From Alphaproteobacteria bacterium (GTDB taxonomy: Bacteria > Pseudomonadota > Alphaproteobacteria > UBA828), in the NCBI GenBank assembly GCA_963667785.2, contig CAXXMU010000006.1, positions 256,001 to 320,000 of the forward strand: a DNA stretch of 64,000 nucleotides, read 5' to 3'. Numbering within the stretch: the first letter of the stretch is position 1; each line of letters starts with the position of its first letter. The notes below the pieces were generated by a model. That model was not told where the DNA came from and made no database searches. It saw only the letters and a program-made list of their open reading frames with translations. Shown in pieces: positions 25,058-36,804 of this stretch. The position numbers were made by a program, and so were the translations under genes.

Positions 25058-25423
25058 ATGGCACGGGTAAAGCGGGGCGTGACCACCCACGCCCGGCACA
25101 AGAAGGTGCTGAAGATGGCCCGCGGCTATCGCGGGCGGGGCAACTCCAGCTACCGCGTGGCGCTGGGGCGGGTCGAGAAGGCGCTGCAATACGCCTATCG
25201 CGACCGCCGCACCCGCAAGCGCCGGTTCCGGGCGCTGTGGATCCAGCGCATCAACGCCGCCGCCCGCGAGCACGGGCTCACCTACTCGCAGCTCATGCAC
25301 GGGCTGGCGCTGGCAGAAGTGGAGGTGGACCGCAAGGTGCTCGCCGACCTCGCCGTGCGCGAGCCGGCGGCGTTCGCGGCCGTCGTCGAGCAGGCGCGGA
25401 GCGCCCACGGCCAGACCGGCTGA
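25058..25423 (+). CDS. rplT: 50S ribosomal protein L20
   Basis: MARVKRGV; QYAYRDRR; [14 protein letters not shown]; DRKVLADLA. Confidence 0.98.
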   Translation: MARVKRGVTTHARHKKVLKMARGYRGRGNSSYRVALGRVEKALQYAYRDRRTRKRRFRALWIQRINAAAREHGLTYSQLMHGLALAEVEVDRKVLADLAVREPAAFAAVVEQARSAHGQTG

Positions 25424-25466
25424 CCGGCCGCCGCGGCGGCGGGACACGGCCGTCGGAGAAGGCTCC

Positions 25467-26543
25467 TTGGAAGACCTCCACGCCCTGGAAGAGCGGATGC
25501 TGGCGCAGATCGCCGACGCCGGCGACCTGCCCGCGCTGGAGCAGGCCCGCGTCGCCGCGCTCGGCAAGCGCTCGCCGCTGACCCAGGCGATGAAGGGGCT
25601 GGGCGGCCTCGACGTCGATGCCCGCAAGGAGGCCGGGGTCCGGCTCAACAAGATCAAGCGCAGGCTCGGCGACGCCGTCGAGGCGCGACGCGAGGCGCTG
25701 GAGCGCGCCGCGCTGGACGAGCGGCTCGCGACCGAGCGGGTCGACGTCACCCTGCCGCCCCGGCCCGAGGGCGAGGGCGCCGTTCATCCCGTCGGCCAGG
25801 TGCTGGACGAGCTGATCGCGATCCTCGCCGACATGGGCTTCCGCGTCGCCGACGGGCCGGACATCGAGGACGATTTCCACAACTTCACCGCGCTCAACAT
25901 CCCGCCGGAGCATCCGGCGCGGCAGATGCACGATACCTTCTACTTCCGCGCCGACGAGGCGGGCGAACGCATGCTGCTCCGCACCCATACCTCGCCGGTC
26001 CAGATCCGCCACATGCAGGCCGAGCCGCCGCCGCATCGGATCATCGCGCCGGGCCGCACCTACCGCTGCGACTACGACATGACCCACACCCCGATGTTCC
26101 ATCAGATCGAGGGGCTGGTGATCGACGAGAGCACCCACATGGGCCATCTCAAGGGCTGCCTGATCGACCTGGCGCGCGCCTTCTTCGAGGTGGACGACCT
26201 GCCGGTGCGCTTCCGCCCGAGCTACTTCCCCTTCACCGAGCCGTCCGCCGAGATGGACATCGGCTGCTCGCGCGAAGGCGGGGGCTTGCGGATCGGCCAT
26301 GGCGCCGACTGGATGGAGATCCTGGGCTGCGGCATGGTGCACCCGAAGGTGCTGGAGATCGTCGGCCTCGATCCCGCGCGCTACCAGGGCTTCGCCTTCG
26401 GCATCGGCGTCGAGCGGCCGGCGATGCTGAAGTACGGCATTCCCGACCTGCGCAGCTTCTTCGACGCCGACCTGCGCTGGCTGCGCCACTACGGCTTCGC
26501 GCCGTTCGACGTGCCCAGCCTGGCCGCGGGGCTGAGCGCGTGA
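25467..26543 (+). CDS. pheS: Phenylalanine--tRNA ligase alpha subunit
   Basis: [33 protein letters not shown] and [12 protein letters not shown]; TTG start. Confidence 0.97.
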   Translation: MEDLHALEERMLAQIADAGDLPALEQARVAALGKRSPLTQAMKGLGGLDVDARKEAGVRLNKIKRRLGDAVEARREALERAALDERLATERVDVTLPPRPEGEGAVHPVGQVLDELIAILADMGFRVADGPDIEDDFHNFTALNIPPEHPARQMHDTFYFRADEAGERMLLRTHTSPVQIRHMQAEPPPHRIIAPGRTYRCDYDMTHTPMFHQIEGLVIDESTHMGHLKGCLIDLARAFFEVDDLPVRFRPSYFPFTEPSAEMDIGCSREGGGLRIGHGADWMEILGCGMVHPKVLEIVGLDPARYQGFAFGIGVERPAMLKYGIPDLRSFFDADLRWLRHYGFAPFDVPSLAAGLSA

Positions 26544-28948
26544 AGTTCACCCTCTCCTGGCTGAAGACGCATCTGGAGACGGAGGCGTCGGTGGACGAGA
26601 TCGCGGCGACGCTCACCGCCATCGGCCTCGAGGTGGAGCAGGTGCGGCGGCCGGGCGACGAGCTCGCCGCCTTCACCGTCGCCCACGTCGTCGAGGCGCG
26701 GCCGCATCCGAACGCCGACAAGCTCAGGCTCTGCGTGGTCGATACCGGAGCTGAGCGGGTGGAGGTGGTCTGCGGCGCGCCCAACGCGCGCACCGGCATG
26801 AAGGGCGTCTTCGCACCGCCCGGCACCACCATCCCGGGCACCGGCATGGTCCTCAAGAAGGCGAAGATCAGGGGCGTCGAGAGCTGCGGCATGCTCTGCT
26901 CCGAGAGCGAGATGGGCCTGAGCGACGAGCACGAGGGGATCATCGAGCTCGACCCGGATGCGCCGGTGGGCCAGCCCTTCGCGCAAGTCATGGGGCTCGA
27001 CGACCCGCTCTTCGACATCGCGATCACGCCCAATCGGGGCGATTGCCTCGGCGTGCGCGGCATCGCCCGCGACCTCGCGGCGGCGGGCCTCGGCCACCTT
27101 AGGGAAGCTGGGATCGAGCCGGTCGCCGGCGCCTTCACGAGCCCGATCGGCGTCTCACTCGACTTCCCGGGCGACGGGCCCGCCCCCTGCCCGCTCTTCC
27201 TCGGCCGCCACATACGCGGCGTGCGCAACTGCGAGAGCCCCCGCTGGCTCAAGGAGCGGCTCGCCTCGGTGGGCCTGCGTCCGATCTCGGCGCTGGTCGA
27301 TCTCACCAACTTCCTGACGCTGGACCGCAACCGCCCGGTCCACGTCTTCGACGCCGGCAAGGTGAGCGGCGACATCTGGCTCCGCCTCGGCCAGGGCGGG
27401 GCGCGCTTCGACGCGCTCAACGGCAAGGAATACGTGCTCGACGACGGGATGTGCGCCATCGGCGACGGCAGCGGCGTGATCAGCCTCGCGGGCGTCATGG
27501 GCGGCGAGGCCACCGGCTGCACGATGGAGACGACGGAGGTCTTCATCGAGATCGCGCTCTTCGACCCCGTCCGCACCGCCGCGACGGGCCGGGCCTTCAA
27601 TCTCGAGAGCGACGCCCGCTATCGCTTCGAGCGCGGCGTCGACCCCGCCTTCGCCCGGCCCGGCATGGAGCTGATGACCCGTCTCGTGATCGAGCTCTGC
27701 GGCGGCGAGGCGAGCGAGATCGTCGTCGCCGGCGAGGAGCCCGCGTGGCGGCGCGAGATCGCCTTCCGCCCCTCCCGCGTGCGTGCGCTCGGCGGCGTCG
27801 ACAGCGCAGCGGCGGAATCGGTCGCCGTCCTCAGGGCGCTCGGCTTCGCCTGCGCCGAGCGGGAGGACGACCTGGTCGCGGTCGCGCCGCCCTCCTGGCG
27901 GGGCGATGTGGCGGGCGAGGCGGACCTGGTGGAGGAGGTGCTGCGGATCGCGGGCTTCGACCGGATCCCGGCGGTCTCGCTCGCCCGGCCGGCGGCCGAG
28001 CGGAGCCGCCCGGCGCTCTCGCCGATGCGCCGCCGGCTCGGCGCCGTGCGCCGCACGCTGGCGGCACGCGGCATGTTCGAGGCGGTGACCTGGTCCTTCA
28101 TCCCGCGCGGGCACGCGACCCTCTTCGGCGGCGGCGGGGACGCGCTGGTGCTGGCGAACCCGATCAACGCCGAGCTCGATTCCATGCGCCCCTCGATACT
28201 GCCCAATCTGATCGAGGCCTGCCGGCGCAACGCCGACCGCGGCGCGGGCGATGCGGCGCTCTTCGAGGCGGGACCGGTCTACGCCGGCACGCGACCGGGG
28301 GACCAGAGGACTTCCGTGGCCGGCGTGCGTGCGCTCGCCGCGGTGCCGCGCAACTGGCACGGTCCGGCGCGGCCGGTGGACCCCTTCGACGCCAAGGCCG
28401 ACGCGCTCGCCGCGCTCGGCGCGGCCGGCGTCTCGCTCGCCGGCCTCCAGACCAGGGCGGAAGGCCCGGACTGGTACCACCCCGGCCGGGTCGGCACCCT
28501 TGCGCTGGGGCGCACCGCGCTCGCCTCGTTCGGCGAGCTGCATCCGGGCGTGCTGGCTGCGCTCGGCGCCGAAGGGCCGATGGTGGGCTTCGAGGTCGCC
28601 ATGGACGCGCTCCCCCGGCCGAAGGCGAAGGCCACGCGGGCGCGGCCGACTCTCGTCGCCTCGGACTATCCGGCGGCGGAGCGCGACTTCGCCTTCATCC
28701 TGGGCAGCGACGTCCCGGCCGCGGAGGTGGAGCGCGCCGCCCGCAATGCCGAGAAGGCGCTGATCAAGCGGGTCACGGTGTTCGATCTCTATGCCGGGCC
28801 GGGCATCGGCGCGGACAAGAAGTCGCTGGCGATCACGGTCCGCCTCGAAGCCCCGGATCGCACGCTGACCGATCCGGAAATCGACGCGGCGGCCGCGAAG
28901 ATCGTCGCCAACGTGGCGAAGATCACCGGCGGCGTGCTGCGCGGCTGA
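26540..28948 (+). CDS. pheT: Phenylalanine--tRNA ligase beta subunit
   Basis: [31 protein letters not shown] and a C-terminal FDX-ACB domain. Confidence 0.97.
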   Translation: MKFTLSWLKTHLETEASVDEIAATLTAIGLEVEQVRRPGDELAAFTVAHVVEARPHPNADKLRLCVVDTGAERVEVVCGAPNARTGMKGVFAPPGTTIPGTGMVLKKAKIRGVESCGMLCSESEMGLSDEHEGIIELDPDAPVGQPFAQVMGLDDPLFDIAITPNRGDCLGVRGIARDLAAAGLGHLREAGIEPVAGAFTSPIGVSLDFPGDGPAPCPLFLGRHIRGVRNCESPRWLKERLASVGLRPISALVDLTNFLTLDRNRPVHVFDAGKVSGDIWLRLGQGGARFDALNGKEYVLDDGMCAIGDGSGVISLAGVMGGEATGCTMETTEVFIEIALFDPVRTAATGRAFNLESDARYRFERGVDPAFARPGMELMTRLVIELCGGEASEIVVAGEEPAWRREIAFRPSRVRALGGVDSAAAESVAVLRALGFACAEREDDLVAVAPPSWRGDVAGEADLVEEVLRIAGFDRIPAVSLARPAAERSRPALSPMRRRLGAVRRTLAARGMFEAVTWSFIPRGHATLFGGGGDALVLANPINAELDSMRPSILPNLIEACRRNADRGAGDAALFEAGPVYAGTRPGDQRTSVAGVRALAAVPRNWHGPARPVDPFDAKADALAALGAAGVSLAGLQTRAEGPDWYHPGRVGTLALGRTALASFGELHPGVLAALGAEGPMVGFEVAMDALPRPKAKATRARPTLVASDYPAAERDFAFILGSDVPAAEVERAARNAEKALIKRVTVFDLYAGPGIGADKKSLAITVRLEAPDRTLTDPEIDAAAAKIVANVAKITGGVLRG

Positions 28949-28986
28949 CCGCGCGGCGGCGCCGGCGCAGGAGTGGGGCCGCGGCC

Positions 28987-30789
28987 ATGAGCGAGCTGGC
29001 GCGCATCCGCAACGTCGCGATCATCGCCCATATCGACCACGGGAAGTCGACCCTCGCCGACCGGCTGATCGAGCGCTGCGGCGGCCTGCAGAAGCGCGAG
29101 ATGACGAGCCAGGTGCTCGATTCGATGGAGCTCGAGCGCGAGCGCGGGATCACCATCAAGGCGCAGACCGTGCGCCTCGCCCATCGCGGCGCCGACGGGA
29201 CCGAGCACGTGGTCAACCTGGTCGACACGCCCGGCCACGTGGACTTCTCCTACGAGGTCAGCCGCTCGCTCGCGGCCTGCGAGGGCTCGCTGCTGGTGGT
29301 CGACGCCACCCAGGGTGTCGAGGCGCAGACGCTGGCCAACGCCTATCAGGCGGTGGACCACGACCACGAGATCGTGCCCGTGCTCAACAAGATGGACCTG
29401 GCGTCGGCAGAGCCGGAGCGGGTGAAGCGGCAGATCGAGGACGTCATCGGCATCGATGCGGCCGGCGCGCTCGAGATCTCGGCCAAGACCGGGCAGGGGA
29501 TCGAGGCCCTGCTGGACGCGCTCGTCACCCGCCTGCCGGCGCCCGAGGGCGACGAGGACGCGCCGCTCACGGCGCTGCTGGTGGATAGCTGGTACGACCC
29601 CTATCTCGGCGTGGTGATCCTGGTGCGCGTCCTGCACGGCCGGCTCATGCCGCGCATGAAGATCAGGATGATGGCGTCGGGCGCCGAACACGAGGTCGAA
29701 CGGGTGGGCGTGTTCACGCCGAAGAAGACGCTGGTGGAGAGCCTCGGGCCCGGCGAGATCGGCTTCATCACCGCGGCCATCAAGGACGTGGCCGACACCG
29801 AGGTGGGCGACACGATCACCGCGGTGCGTCGGCCGGCGTCGGCGGCGCTGCCTGGCTTCCGCCCCAGCGTGCCCGTGGTCTTCTGCGGCCTCTTCCCGGT
29901 CGATTCGAACGACTACGAGCGGTTGCGCGAGAGCCTCGCCAAGCTCCGCCTCAACGATTCGAGCTTCCACTACGATGCCGAGAGCTCGCCGGCGCTGGGC
30001 TTCGGCTTCCGCTGCGGCTTTCTCGGTCTGCTCCATCTCGAGATCGTGCAGGAGCGGCTGGAGCGCGAGTTCGGCCTCGACCTGGTGGCGACGGCGCCGA
30101 GCGTGGTCTACCGCGTGACGCTGACCGACGGGCAGGAGCTCTCGCTCCACAACCCGGCGGACATGCCCGACCCCACGCGCATCAAGCGCATCGCCGAGCC
30201 CTGGATCCACGCCACCATCCTGGTGCCGGACGACCATCTCGGCGGCGTGCTCGCGCTCTGCGAGGAGAAGCGCGGCATCCAGCTCGACCTGACCTATGCC
30301 GGCAACCGGGCGATGGTGATCTACCGCCTGCCGCTCAACGAGGTCGTGTTCGACTTCTACGACCGGCTGAAGTCGGTCTCGCGCGGCTATGCGAGCTTCG
30401 ACTATCGCCTCGAGGAGTATCTGGAGAGCGACCTGGTCAAGCTCGCCATCATGATCAACGGCGAGCCCGTGGACGCGCTGGCGCTGATCGCCCACCGCAG
30501 CCAGGCGGAGAAGCGCGGCCGGGCGCTCTGCGCCCGCCTCAAGGAGCTGATCCCGCGCCAGCTCTTCAAGATCGCGATCCAGGCGGCGATCGGCGGCAAG
30601 ATCGTGGCGCGCGAGACGGTGAGCCCCCTGCGCAAGGACGTGCTCGCGAAGTGCTACGGTGGCGACGTCTCGCGCAAGCGCAAGCTGCTGGACAAGCAGA
30701 GGAAGGGCAAGAAGCGGATGCGCCAGATCGGCAACGTCGAGATCCCGCAGGAAGCCTTCCTCGCCGCGCTGAAGATGGGCGAATCGTAG
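28987..30789 (+). CDS. lepA: Elongation factor 4 (LepA)
   Basis: [32 protein letters not shown] and [14 protein letters not shown]. Confidence 0.98.
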   Translation: MSELARIRNVAIIAHIDHGKSTLADRLIERCGGLQKREMTSQVLDSMELERERGITIKAQTVRLAHRGADGTEHVVNLVDTPGHVDFSYEVSRSLAACEGSLLVVDATQGVEAQTLANAYQAVDHDHEIVPVLNKMDLASAEPERVKRQIEDVIGIDAAGALEISAKTGQGIEALLDALVTRLPAPEGDEDAPLTALLVDSWYDPYLGVVILVRVLHGRLMPRMKIRMMASGAEHEVERVGVFTPKKTLVESLGPGEIGFITAAIKDVADTEVGDTITAVRRPASAALPGFRPSVPVVFCGLFPVDSNDYERLRESLAKLRLNDSSFHYDAESSPALGFGFRCGFLGLLHLEIVQERLEREFGLDLVATAPSVVYRVTLTDGQELSLHNPADMPDPTRIKRIAEPWIHATILVPDDHLGGVLALCEEKRGIQLDLTYAGNRAMVIYRLPLNEVVFDFYDRLKSVSRGYASFDYRLEEYLESDLVKLAIMINGEPVDALALIAHRSQAEKRGRALCARLKELIPRQLFKIAIQAAIGGKIVARETVSPLRKDVLAKCYGGDVSRKRKLLDKQRKGKKRMRQIGNVEIPQEAFLAALKMGES

Positions 30790-30823
30790 GCCCCGTGCCG
30801 ACGCGGGAGTTGTGCGCGACGGC

Positions 30824-31129
30824 TCAATAGCGGTGACGGCGGCGGCGACGCCTCCCGATCAGGAGAAGCAGCACGGCCGGCACCAGGGGAATTGCCCAGG
30901 CGGGGCCGAGCAGCACCGGCAGCACGATGTCGGACCAGAGCCAGGGGGCGATACCCTTCTCGATGAGGGCCTGGAAGCCGACGAGGCTGTTCGCGCCCGC
31001 CCTCGCCCACAGCTCGCCCGCGCTGATCAGGCGGTAGTCGCCGGCGCCCGCCCACGAGTAGACCTCGTGGCCGAACGTGGCGAGCGCCAGCAGCAGCAGC
31101 AACACCCCAACGAGCCGAACGATCACCAT
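30824..31129 (-). CDS. Small membrane protein (hypothetical)
   Basis: Two hydrophobic helices, ~101 aa, RBS AGGA/AGGT upstream and a basic C-terminal tail. Confidence 0.7.
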   Translation of the reverse strand: MVIVRLVGVLLLLLALATFGHEVYSWAGAGDYRLISAGELWARAGANSLVGFQALIEKGIAPWLWSDIVLPVLLGPAWAIPLVPAVLLLLIGRRRRRRHRY

Positions 31130-31208
31130 GTACCTATCCTCTGCACAGACAAATATGGTGCCTGGCGTATTGCAGCGCCAGATGTTGTTGCTATTGTTTC
31201 GCCGCCGG

Positions 31209-31296
31209 GGAGGGATGGCCGAGTGGTTTAAGGCGCACGCCTGGAAAGCGTGTTCACCGAGAGGTGTCCGGGGTTCGAATCCCCGTCCCTCCGCCA
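31209..31296 (+). tRNA. tRNA-Ser(GGA)
   Basis: GGAGGGA/TCCCTCC acceptor stem, CACGC-CTGGAAA-GCGTG anticodon arm, long variable arm, GTTCGAATC and CCA end. Confidence 0.97.
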
Positions 31297-31333
31297 GCCT
31301 TGCTCCGCGCAGCACCGGCACATGCCGCTAAAC

Positions 31334-31358
31334 CCCCGGATTTCCGGGGCTTTTCTCT
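31334..31358 (+). terminator. Rho-independent terminator after tRNA-Ser
   Basis: CCCCGG-ATTT-CCGGGG followed by CTTTTCTCT. Confidence 0.6.
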
Positions 31359-31514
31359 ATGTCGCACACCTGAACGTTCCCGCGAATAATGCGCGGCGCG
31401 CAGGGTCTGTGCCGACCGGCACGGCAATTCAATGAAATCTCGCCATTGCGTGGGGTCAACGAGGCGCGCCTAACAACCGCCGGAAGCCGTGCGGATCGTC
31501 CGAGCTCGTTCCGC

Positions 31515-32819
31515 TCAGTGGCCGAGCTGGATCGCGTCGGGAAGGAAGGTCACGATGTCCGGCACGAAGGTGATGAGCAGCGCGAGGCCCGCCATGATGA
31601 GGAAGAAGGGGAGCGTCGCGCGGGCGATGCGGCCGATCCGCTCGCCGGTCATGCCCTGGATCACAAACAGGTTGAAGCCCACGGGCGGCGTGATCTGGGC
31701 CATCTCCACCACGATCACCAGGAACACGCCGAACCAGATCTTGTCGAAGCCCGCCGCCGTCACCAGCGGCAGCGTGATGGGCAGCGTCATCACGATGCTC
31801 GACATGCCTTCGAGCACGCAGCCGAGGATCGCGTAGAACACCAGCAGCAGCACGATGAGCGCGATGGGCGAGAGGTTCAGCGCGGCGATCTCGCCCGCGA
31901 TCATGCGCGGCACGCCGAGAAAACCCATGGCGATGGAGAGGAAGTAGGCGCCGGCGACGATCAGCCCGATCATGCTGATGGTCCGGACCGCGCCGAGGCT
32001 CGCCTTGCGCAGCGTCTCCCAAGTGAGCGTCCCCTGTGCGGCGCTCACGATCAGCGCACCCAGCACGCCGACCGCGGCGGCCTCGGACGGGCTCGCGATC
32101 CCGCCGTACATCGAGCCCAGCACCGCGAGGATCAGGAACACCACGGGGCCCAGATGCCGCAGGCCGAGCAGCTTGTCGGCGAGGCTCATGCTCTCCGCCT
32201 CGTCCGGTGCGAGCGAGGCCTTCCAGCTCGTTCGGATGCCGAGCCAGGTCATGTAGAGGATCGCGAGCATGAGCCCCGGAATGATGCCGGCGAGGAAGAG
32301 CTTGAGGATCGAAGTCTCCGACAGCACGCCGTAGATGATGAGGATGATGCTCGGCGGGATCAGGAAGCCCAGCGTACCGGCGCCGGCGAGCGAGCCCATC
32401 GCCAAGTCGCGGTCGTAGCCGCGGCGCAACAGCTCCGTCAGCGTGATGCGGCCGACTGTCGCCGTGGTCGCGGCCGAGGAGCCGGAGATGGCCGCGAACA
32501 TGGTGCAGCCCAGCACGTTCACGTGCAGCAGGCGCCCCGGCAGGTGCGTCGTCCACGGCGCGAGCCCGGTGAAGAGCGAAGCGGAGAGGCGGGAGTGGAA
32601 CAGGATCTCCGCCATCAGGATGAAGAGCGGGAGCGCGATGAGCTCGGGCGTGGTCGTCGCATTCCAGGTGAGCTGCGCGAGCAGCTTCTCGACCGGCAGG
32701 TCGCGGAAGATGGCGAGGCCGGCGAGGCCCGGCGCGTAAAGGGCGAGCCCGACCCAGACGCCGAGACCCAGGGTCAGGGCGAGCACGCCGAGAACGGCGC
32801 CGGCGGCTGCGACGGTCAT
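31515..32819 (-). CDS. TRAP transporter large permease (DctM-like)
   Basis: ALPLFILMAE, FAAISGSS.AT, GTLGFLIPPSI and ITPPVGFNLF. Confidence 0.93.
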   Translation of the reverse strand: MTVAAAGAVLGVLALTLGLGVWVGLALYAPGLAGLAIFRDLPVEKLLAQLTWNATTTPELIALPLFILMAEILFHSRLSASLFTGLAPWTTHLPGRLLHVNVLGCTMFAAISGSSAATTATVGRITLTELLRRGYDRDLAMGSLAGAGTLGFLIPPSIILIIYGVLSETSILKLFLAGIIPGLMLAILYMTWLGIRTSWKASLAPDEAESMSLADKLLGLRHLGPVVFLILAVLGSMYGGIASPSEAAAVGVLGALIVSAAQGTLTWETLRKASLGAVRTISMIGLIVAGAYFLSIAMGFLGVPRMIAGEIAALNLSPIALIVLLLVFYAILGCVLEGMSSIVMTLPITLPLVTAAGFDKIWFGVFLVIVVEMAQITPPVGFNLFVIQGMTGERIGRIARATLPFFLIMAGLALLITFVPDIVTFLPDAIQLGH

Positions 32820-32823
32820 GCGC

Positions 32824-33357
32824 TCATCCCGCGCTGAACTCGTCCTTCGCGGCTTCGTCCTCCGGCGGCTCGCCGATCAGCAGGCGCAGCGCCCGGGCAA
32901 CGAGCTGCAGCGTGAGCAGGGCCGCGCCGAAGGCCATCGCCGCCTGGGGGTAGACCAGAGGCGTCTCGTCGATGGTGGGCGACGTGCTGCCGCTCACCCA
33001 TGACCGCGCGGCGAAGGCGGTGAGCGCCCACGCGAGGAACCCGGCGATCATCGTGCCGACCGCCGTGGCGGCGGCGTCGAGCCAGTAGGCCAGCCGGGGC
33101 GGAATGCTCTGCGAGAGCAGCATCACCCTGACGTACCCGCCCGTCCTGAGCGCGAATGCTGCGGCGAGGAAGATCGAGACCGCGAAGAAGTACGCCGCGT
33201 ACTCCCAGGCGAAGGAGAGGCTGACGTTGAGGACGGTGCGGCAGAAGATCTCCGCGAGGATGAGCCCGGCGATCCCCAGAACCAGCACGGCCGCGACGTA
33301 GCCGCAGACGCGCGACAGCGTGTCTATGCCTGCGAGAACCCGTGCAAGAACGGACAA
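32824..33357 (-). CDS. TRAP transporter small permease (DctQ-like)
   Basis: Four TM segments; probable TTG start 8 nt after GAGGAGG (the ORF track starts at 33429). Confidence 0.85.
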   Translation of the reverse strand: MSVLARVLAGIDTLSRVCGYVAAVLVLGIAGLILAEIFCRTVLNVSLSFAWEYAAYFFAVSIFLAAAFALRTGGYVRVMLLSQSIPPRLAYWLDAAATAVGTMIAGFLAWALTAFAARSWVSGSTSPTIDETPLVYPQAAMAFGAALLTLQLVARALRLLIGEPPEDEAAKDEFSAG

Positions 33358-33444
33358 GGGGCCGGCCTCCTCTGCCCGCTCCGGGCCATCCGGACCGGAG
33401 CCCGGTGCCGACGACGCCCCGCCGGGCACCGGAGCCGCGCCCGG

Positions 33445-34449
33445 CTAGCGCTCGATGTCTTGCAGGAAGCCGTCGATGATCGCCTGGCCTTCGTCCCCCA
33501 GCTCGGCCAGCGCCTCGGCCAGCATCGGCTCGGTCGCGGCCTGCATGTCGGCCAGCATCGCCGCAGGCACCTCGCCCATCGCCACGCCGCGCTCGTTCAG
33601 GATCTTCGACTTGGCCGCGTCCTCCGCCTTGCTGACCTGCCAGAACACCGGCTCGAGCATCCGCGCCGCCCCCTCGATGGCGTCGCGCTGGCCCTCGGTA
33701 AGCTCGTTCCAGGCATCCAGATTGACCGAGACCATGTTCGACGACCAGACGTGACTCGTCGGGTACATGTGCGTGAGGAACTCCCAGAACTTCCCGTCCA
33801 CGCCGGAGCTCGCCGAGGTCGTGACCGCGTCGATGGTCCCCGCCGCGAGCGACGGCACCACCTCGCCCCAGGGAAGCTGCACCGAGGTCATGCCGATGCG
33901 GTTGAACATCTCGGTCGTCGTGTCGTTGTAGGTGCGGATCTTGATGCCGGCGAGGTCCGCTACCCCCGCCGCCTCCACCTTGGTGTAGACGTACTGGCGC
34001 GGCCACGGCACGACGTAGAGCGCCTTCTGGTTGTACGCCGCCGCCACCCTCTCGATGGCCGGGCGAAAGTGCTTGTGGAAGATCGCGAGCTCATCGAGGT
34101 CCTCGATGATGTATGGCTGCGTCTCCAGCCCGAGGATTTTCCGCTCTCCCACCTGCTGGTTGAGCAGCATCTCGCCGATGGGCACGAGGCCGTCGCCGAC
34201 CGCGTTCAGCATCTCCGGCCCCTTGAAGCCGAGGGAGCCGCCCGGGTGAATGTTGATGACGACCTCTCCGCCGGTCACCTGGCTCACCACCTGGGCGAAG
34301 GTCCTGGCGTTCTCGACGTGGAAGTTGCCGTCGGTCCACGCGAGCGGCAGGTCCCACTCGGTCTCGGCGACGGCGGTCGCGGTCAGGGAGACCGAGAGCA
34401 GCGCCGCCGAAGCAAGGGCGACGGCTGCGCGTTTCGCGGAATGCATCAT
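33445..34449 (-). CDS. TRAP transporter substrate-binding protein (DctP-like)
   Basis: Signal peptide, HPGGSLGF, GIKIRTYN and LPWGEVVPSLAAGTIDA. Confidence 0.92.
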   Translation of the reverse strand: MMHSAKRAAVALASAALLSVSLTATAVAETEWDLPLAWTDGNFHVENARTFAQVVSQVTGGEVVINIHPGGSLGFKGPEMLNAVGDGLVPIGEMLLNQQVGERKILGLETQPYIIEDLDELAIFHKHFRPAIERVAAAYNQKALYVVPWPRQYVYTKVEAAGVADLAGIKIRTYNDTTTEMFNRIGMTSVQLPWGEVVPSLAAGTIDAVTTSASSGVDGKFWEFLTHMYPTSHVWSSNMVSVNLDAWNELTEGQRDAIEGAARMLEPVFWQVSKAEDAAKSKILNERGVAMGEVPAAMLADMQAATEPMLAEALAELGDEGQAIIDGFLQDIER

Positions 34450-34748
34450 GGCTCAATACCTCTTCGTCAAATCCGGCTTCAACGATCCTGCCCTCGTTCC
34501 GGGCGCAGCCCGCATGTCGCGCTCTCTCATTGTTCGGAGAGGAAGACCCCCGGACAACGAATTCCTACCCGATGGCAACGGCTTGCGCTACGTCCGCCAC
34601 CCCACGATCCGATCCGACGCCAATAATCCGGGCTAGGTATACACCTCCGATGACACGCGCGACGACCCCACGGCGTCACCGATACAGTGCGCCCCGCAGC
34701 ATCAGGCCGCGCCTGGGCCGAGCTTCTGGACGTGAGCCCCTTCGATCC

Positions 34749-35783
34749 TCAGCGGCGGCCGGCGCCGAGCAGCTTCTCCGCCTCTACCTGGAAGTCGTCG
34801 AAATAGTCGAGCGCGTCGTGACCGCGCAGCGCGTCACGATGCTTGAAGCAGTTGACGGTGTGCCCCTGGGCGACCGTGTCTTCCGGCGGCATCTCGCTGC
34901 GGCACCGATCGTCGGCAAAGGGGCAGCGCCCGGCGAGGTAGCAGCCGGTCGGAAGGTCGATCGGGCTCGGAATCTCGCCTGCGAGGTCGACGGCGCTTTC
35001 CCGCTTGAGGTTCGGGTTGGGCAGCAGGACGGAGGAGAGAAGGCCGACGCTGTAGGGATGGCGCGGGTGGCTGAAGAGCTCCTTGGCGGTGCCGAGCTCC
35101 ACGATCATGCCGAGATACATCACCGCGACGCGGTGGCTCAGGTAGCGCACCGTGCTGAGGTCGTGGCTGATGAAGAGGTAGGCGGTTTCCAGTTCCTGCT
35201 GCAGGCGGATCAGGAGGTCGATGATCTCCGCCCGCGCCGTCGGGTCGAGGGCCGAGGTGGGCTCGTCCAGCACGATCAGCTCGGGATCGGTGACGATGGC
35301 GCGGGCGATACCCACCCGCTGCTGCTGGCCCGCGCTGAGCTCGGCCGGGAACTGCTCCAGCGTCGAATCGCGCAAGCCCACCCGGCGCGCGACGTCGCGC
35401 ACCCGCCGGCGCTGGTCGGGGCGGGAGACTCCCATGGAGCGCAGCGGCTCGGCGATGGTGTTGCCGATCCGCACCTGCGGGTCGAGGGATTCGGCGGGCT
35501 CCTGGAAGACCAGCTGCAGCTTGCCGCGCAGCTCGCGCGTGCGGATGTTGCGCCGCCGGTCGATGGGCTTTCCGTGGAAGCCGATGGCGCCGTCCGTCGA
35601 CTTGATGAGGCCGAGGACGCAGCGGCCGACCGTTGTCTTGCCCGAACCGGACTCGCCCACCAGCGAGAGCGTCTCGCCCCTGGCGACGGAGAAGCTCACC
35701 CCGTTCACCGCCTGCACCACCGAGCGCGAGCCCGCGATGGGGAAGTGCTTGACCAGCCCGTCTACGGTGAGGACGGCGCTCAT
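34749..35783 (-). CDS. Peptide/nickel ABC transporter ATP-binding protein (OppF/DppF-like)
   Basis: [25 protein letters not shown] and the C-terminal oligo_HPY with GC..RC. Confidence 0.92.
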   Translation of the reverse strand: MSAVLTVDGLVKHFPIAGSRSVVQAVNGVSFSVARGETLSLVGESGSGKTTVGRCVLGLIKSTDGAIGFHGKPIDRRRNIRTRELRGKLQLVFQEPAESLDPQVRIGNTIAEPLRSMGVSRPDQRRRVRDVARRVGLRDSTLEQFPAELSAGQQQRVGIARAIVTDPELIVLDEPTSALDPTARAEIIDLLIRLQQELETAYLFISHDLSTVRYLSHRVAVMYLGMIVELGTAKELFSHPRHPYSVGLLSSVLLPNPNLKRESAVDLAGEIPSPIDLPTGCYLAGRCPFADDRCRSEMPPEDTVAQGHTVNCFKHRDALRGHDALDYFDDFQVEAEKLLGAGRR

Positions 35784-36802
35784 GCCACCCGCTCCACCGG
35801 GAAGTGACAACGCACGAGGTGGCGGGTGCCAAGCTCGCGCAGGTCGGGGTGACGCGCGTCGCACTCGTCCTCGCGGTGGACACAGCGAGGCGCGTAGAGA
35901 CAGGCCCTGCCTGCCTCCGCCTCGGTCGAGGCGAGCGGCTTGTGCCACTTGTTCCGGAGCGCCGGGTTGTGGGCGAAGGCGGCGAGCAGCATGACGCTGT
36001 ACGGGTGCTGAGGATTGTCGAAGAAGTCAGCGGTCTTCGCGAACTCCACGATCTCGCCGCGATAGATCACGGCAACCCGGTCGCAGAAGTGAGCGGTGAT
36101 GCCAACATCGCGGGTGATGAAGAGCATCGAGGTGTCGTGCTCCCGCACGAGCGTGCGCAACAGGTCGAGCACCTGGGCCTGTACCGTCACGTCGAGGCCG
36201 CTGGTGGCGTCGTCCGAGATCACGAACTTGGGCGAGCAGACCAGCGAGATCGCCATCACGACCCGCTGCGCCATGCCGCCACTGAGCTCGTGCGGGAAGG
36301 CGCGGAAGCGCCGCGCAGGATCCGGGATGTGCACCGCCTTCAGCATGTCGAGCGCCATCTTGTCAGCCTCGGCGCGGCCGATGTCGAGATGGGCGCGGGC
36401 AACGGCGGCGATCTGCTTGCCGACCGGGATCAGCGGATCGAGCTCGCTGCGCGGGTTGGGGATCACCATGGCGATGTCCCTGCCGCGGATCGCGCGCAGC
36501 TGGTTCTCGGAGAGCGTCCGCATGTCCTTGCCGTCGAACTGGATCGAACCGCTGTCGATGCGTCCGGGCTGGGTCAAGAGCCCCATCACGGCGCGGGCCA
36601 GCGTCGTCTTGCCCGAGCCCGATTCGCCCACCAGCCCGACGATCTCGCCGCTGCGCACGCTGAGGTCGAGGTCCCGCACCGCGCGCACCGGCTCCTCTTC
36701 GTAGACCGGGTAGGAGACGTTGAGTCCGGCGATGTCGAGCATCGTCGTGCCCGGCGCGCCCGCCTGCGGTGCCATGGTCGTGTCGGTTGCGGCGGCGGCC
36801 AT
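35780..36802 (-). CDS. Peptide/nickel ABC transporter ATP-binding protein (OppD/DppD-like)
   Basis: [18 protein letters not shown]; Walker B variant ISDDAT; HPY. Confidence 0.9.
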   Translation of the reverse strand: MAAAATDTTMAPQAGAPGTTMLDIAGLNVSYPVYEEEPVRAVRDLDLSVRSGEIVGLVGESGSGKTTLARAVMGLLTQPGRIDSGSIQFDGKDMRTLSENQLRAIRGRDIAMVIPNPRSELDPLIPVGKQIAAVARAHLDIGRAEADKMALDMLKAVHIPDPARRFRAFPHELSGGMAQRVVMAISLVCSPKFVISDDATSGLDVTVQAQVLDLLRTLVREHDTSMLFITRDVGITAHFCDRVAVIYRGEIVEFAKTADFFDNPQHPYSVMLLAAFAHNPALRNKWHKPLASTEAEAGRACLYAPRCVHREDECDARHPDLRELGTRHLVRCHFPVERVA

Positions 36803-36804
36803 CG

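Noticed and set aside
27451-30789. Apparent long N-terminal extensions in the ORF track (lepA 1112 aa, carB 1310 aa, 35780-39004, 42615-44249, 17050-18771)
   Set aside because: The extensions are Arg/Gly/Pro-rich out-of-frame reads over upstream genes; the true starts are internal, so these are not fusions.
34573-34586. Sigma54-like TGGCA..TTGC motifs (also near 54650 and 20803)
   Set aside because: The GG-GC spacing is one base short of the strict -24/-12 requirement, and the orientation is opposite to the adjacent gene.
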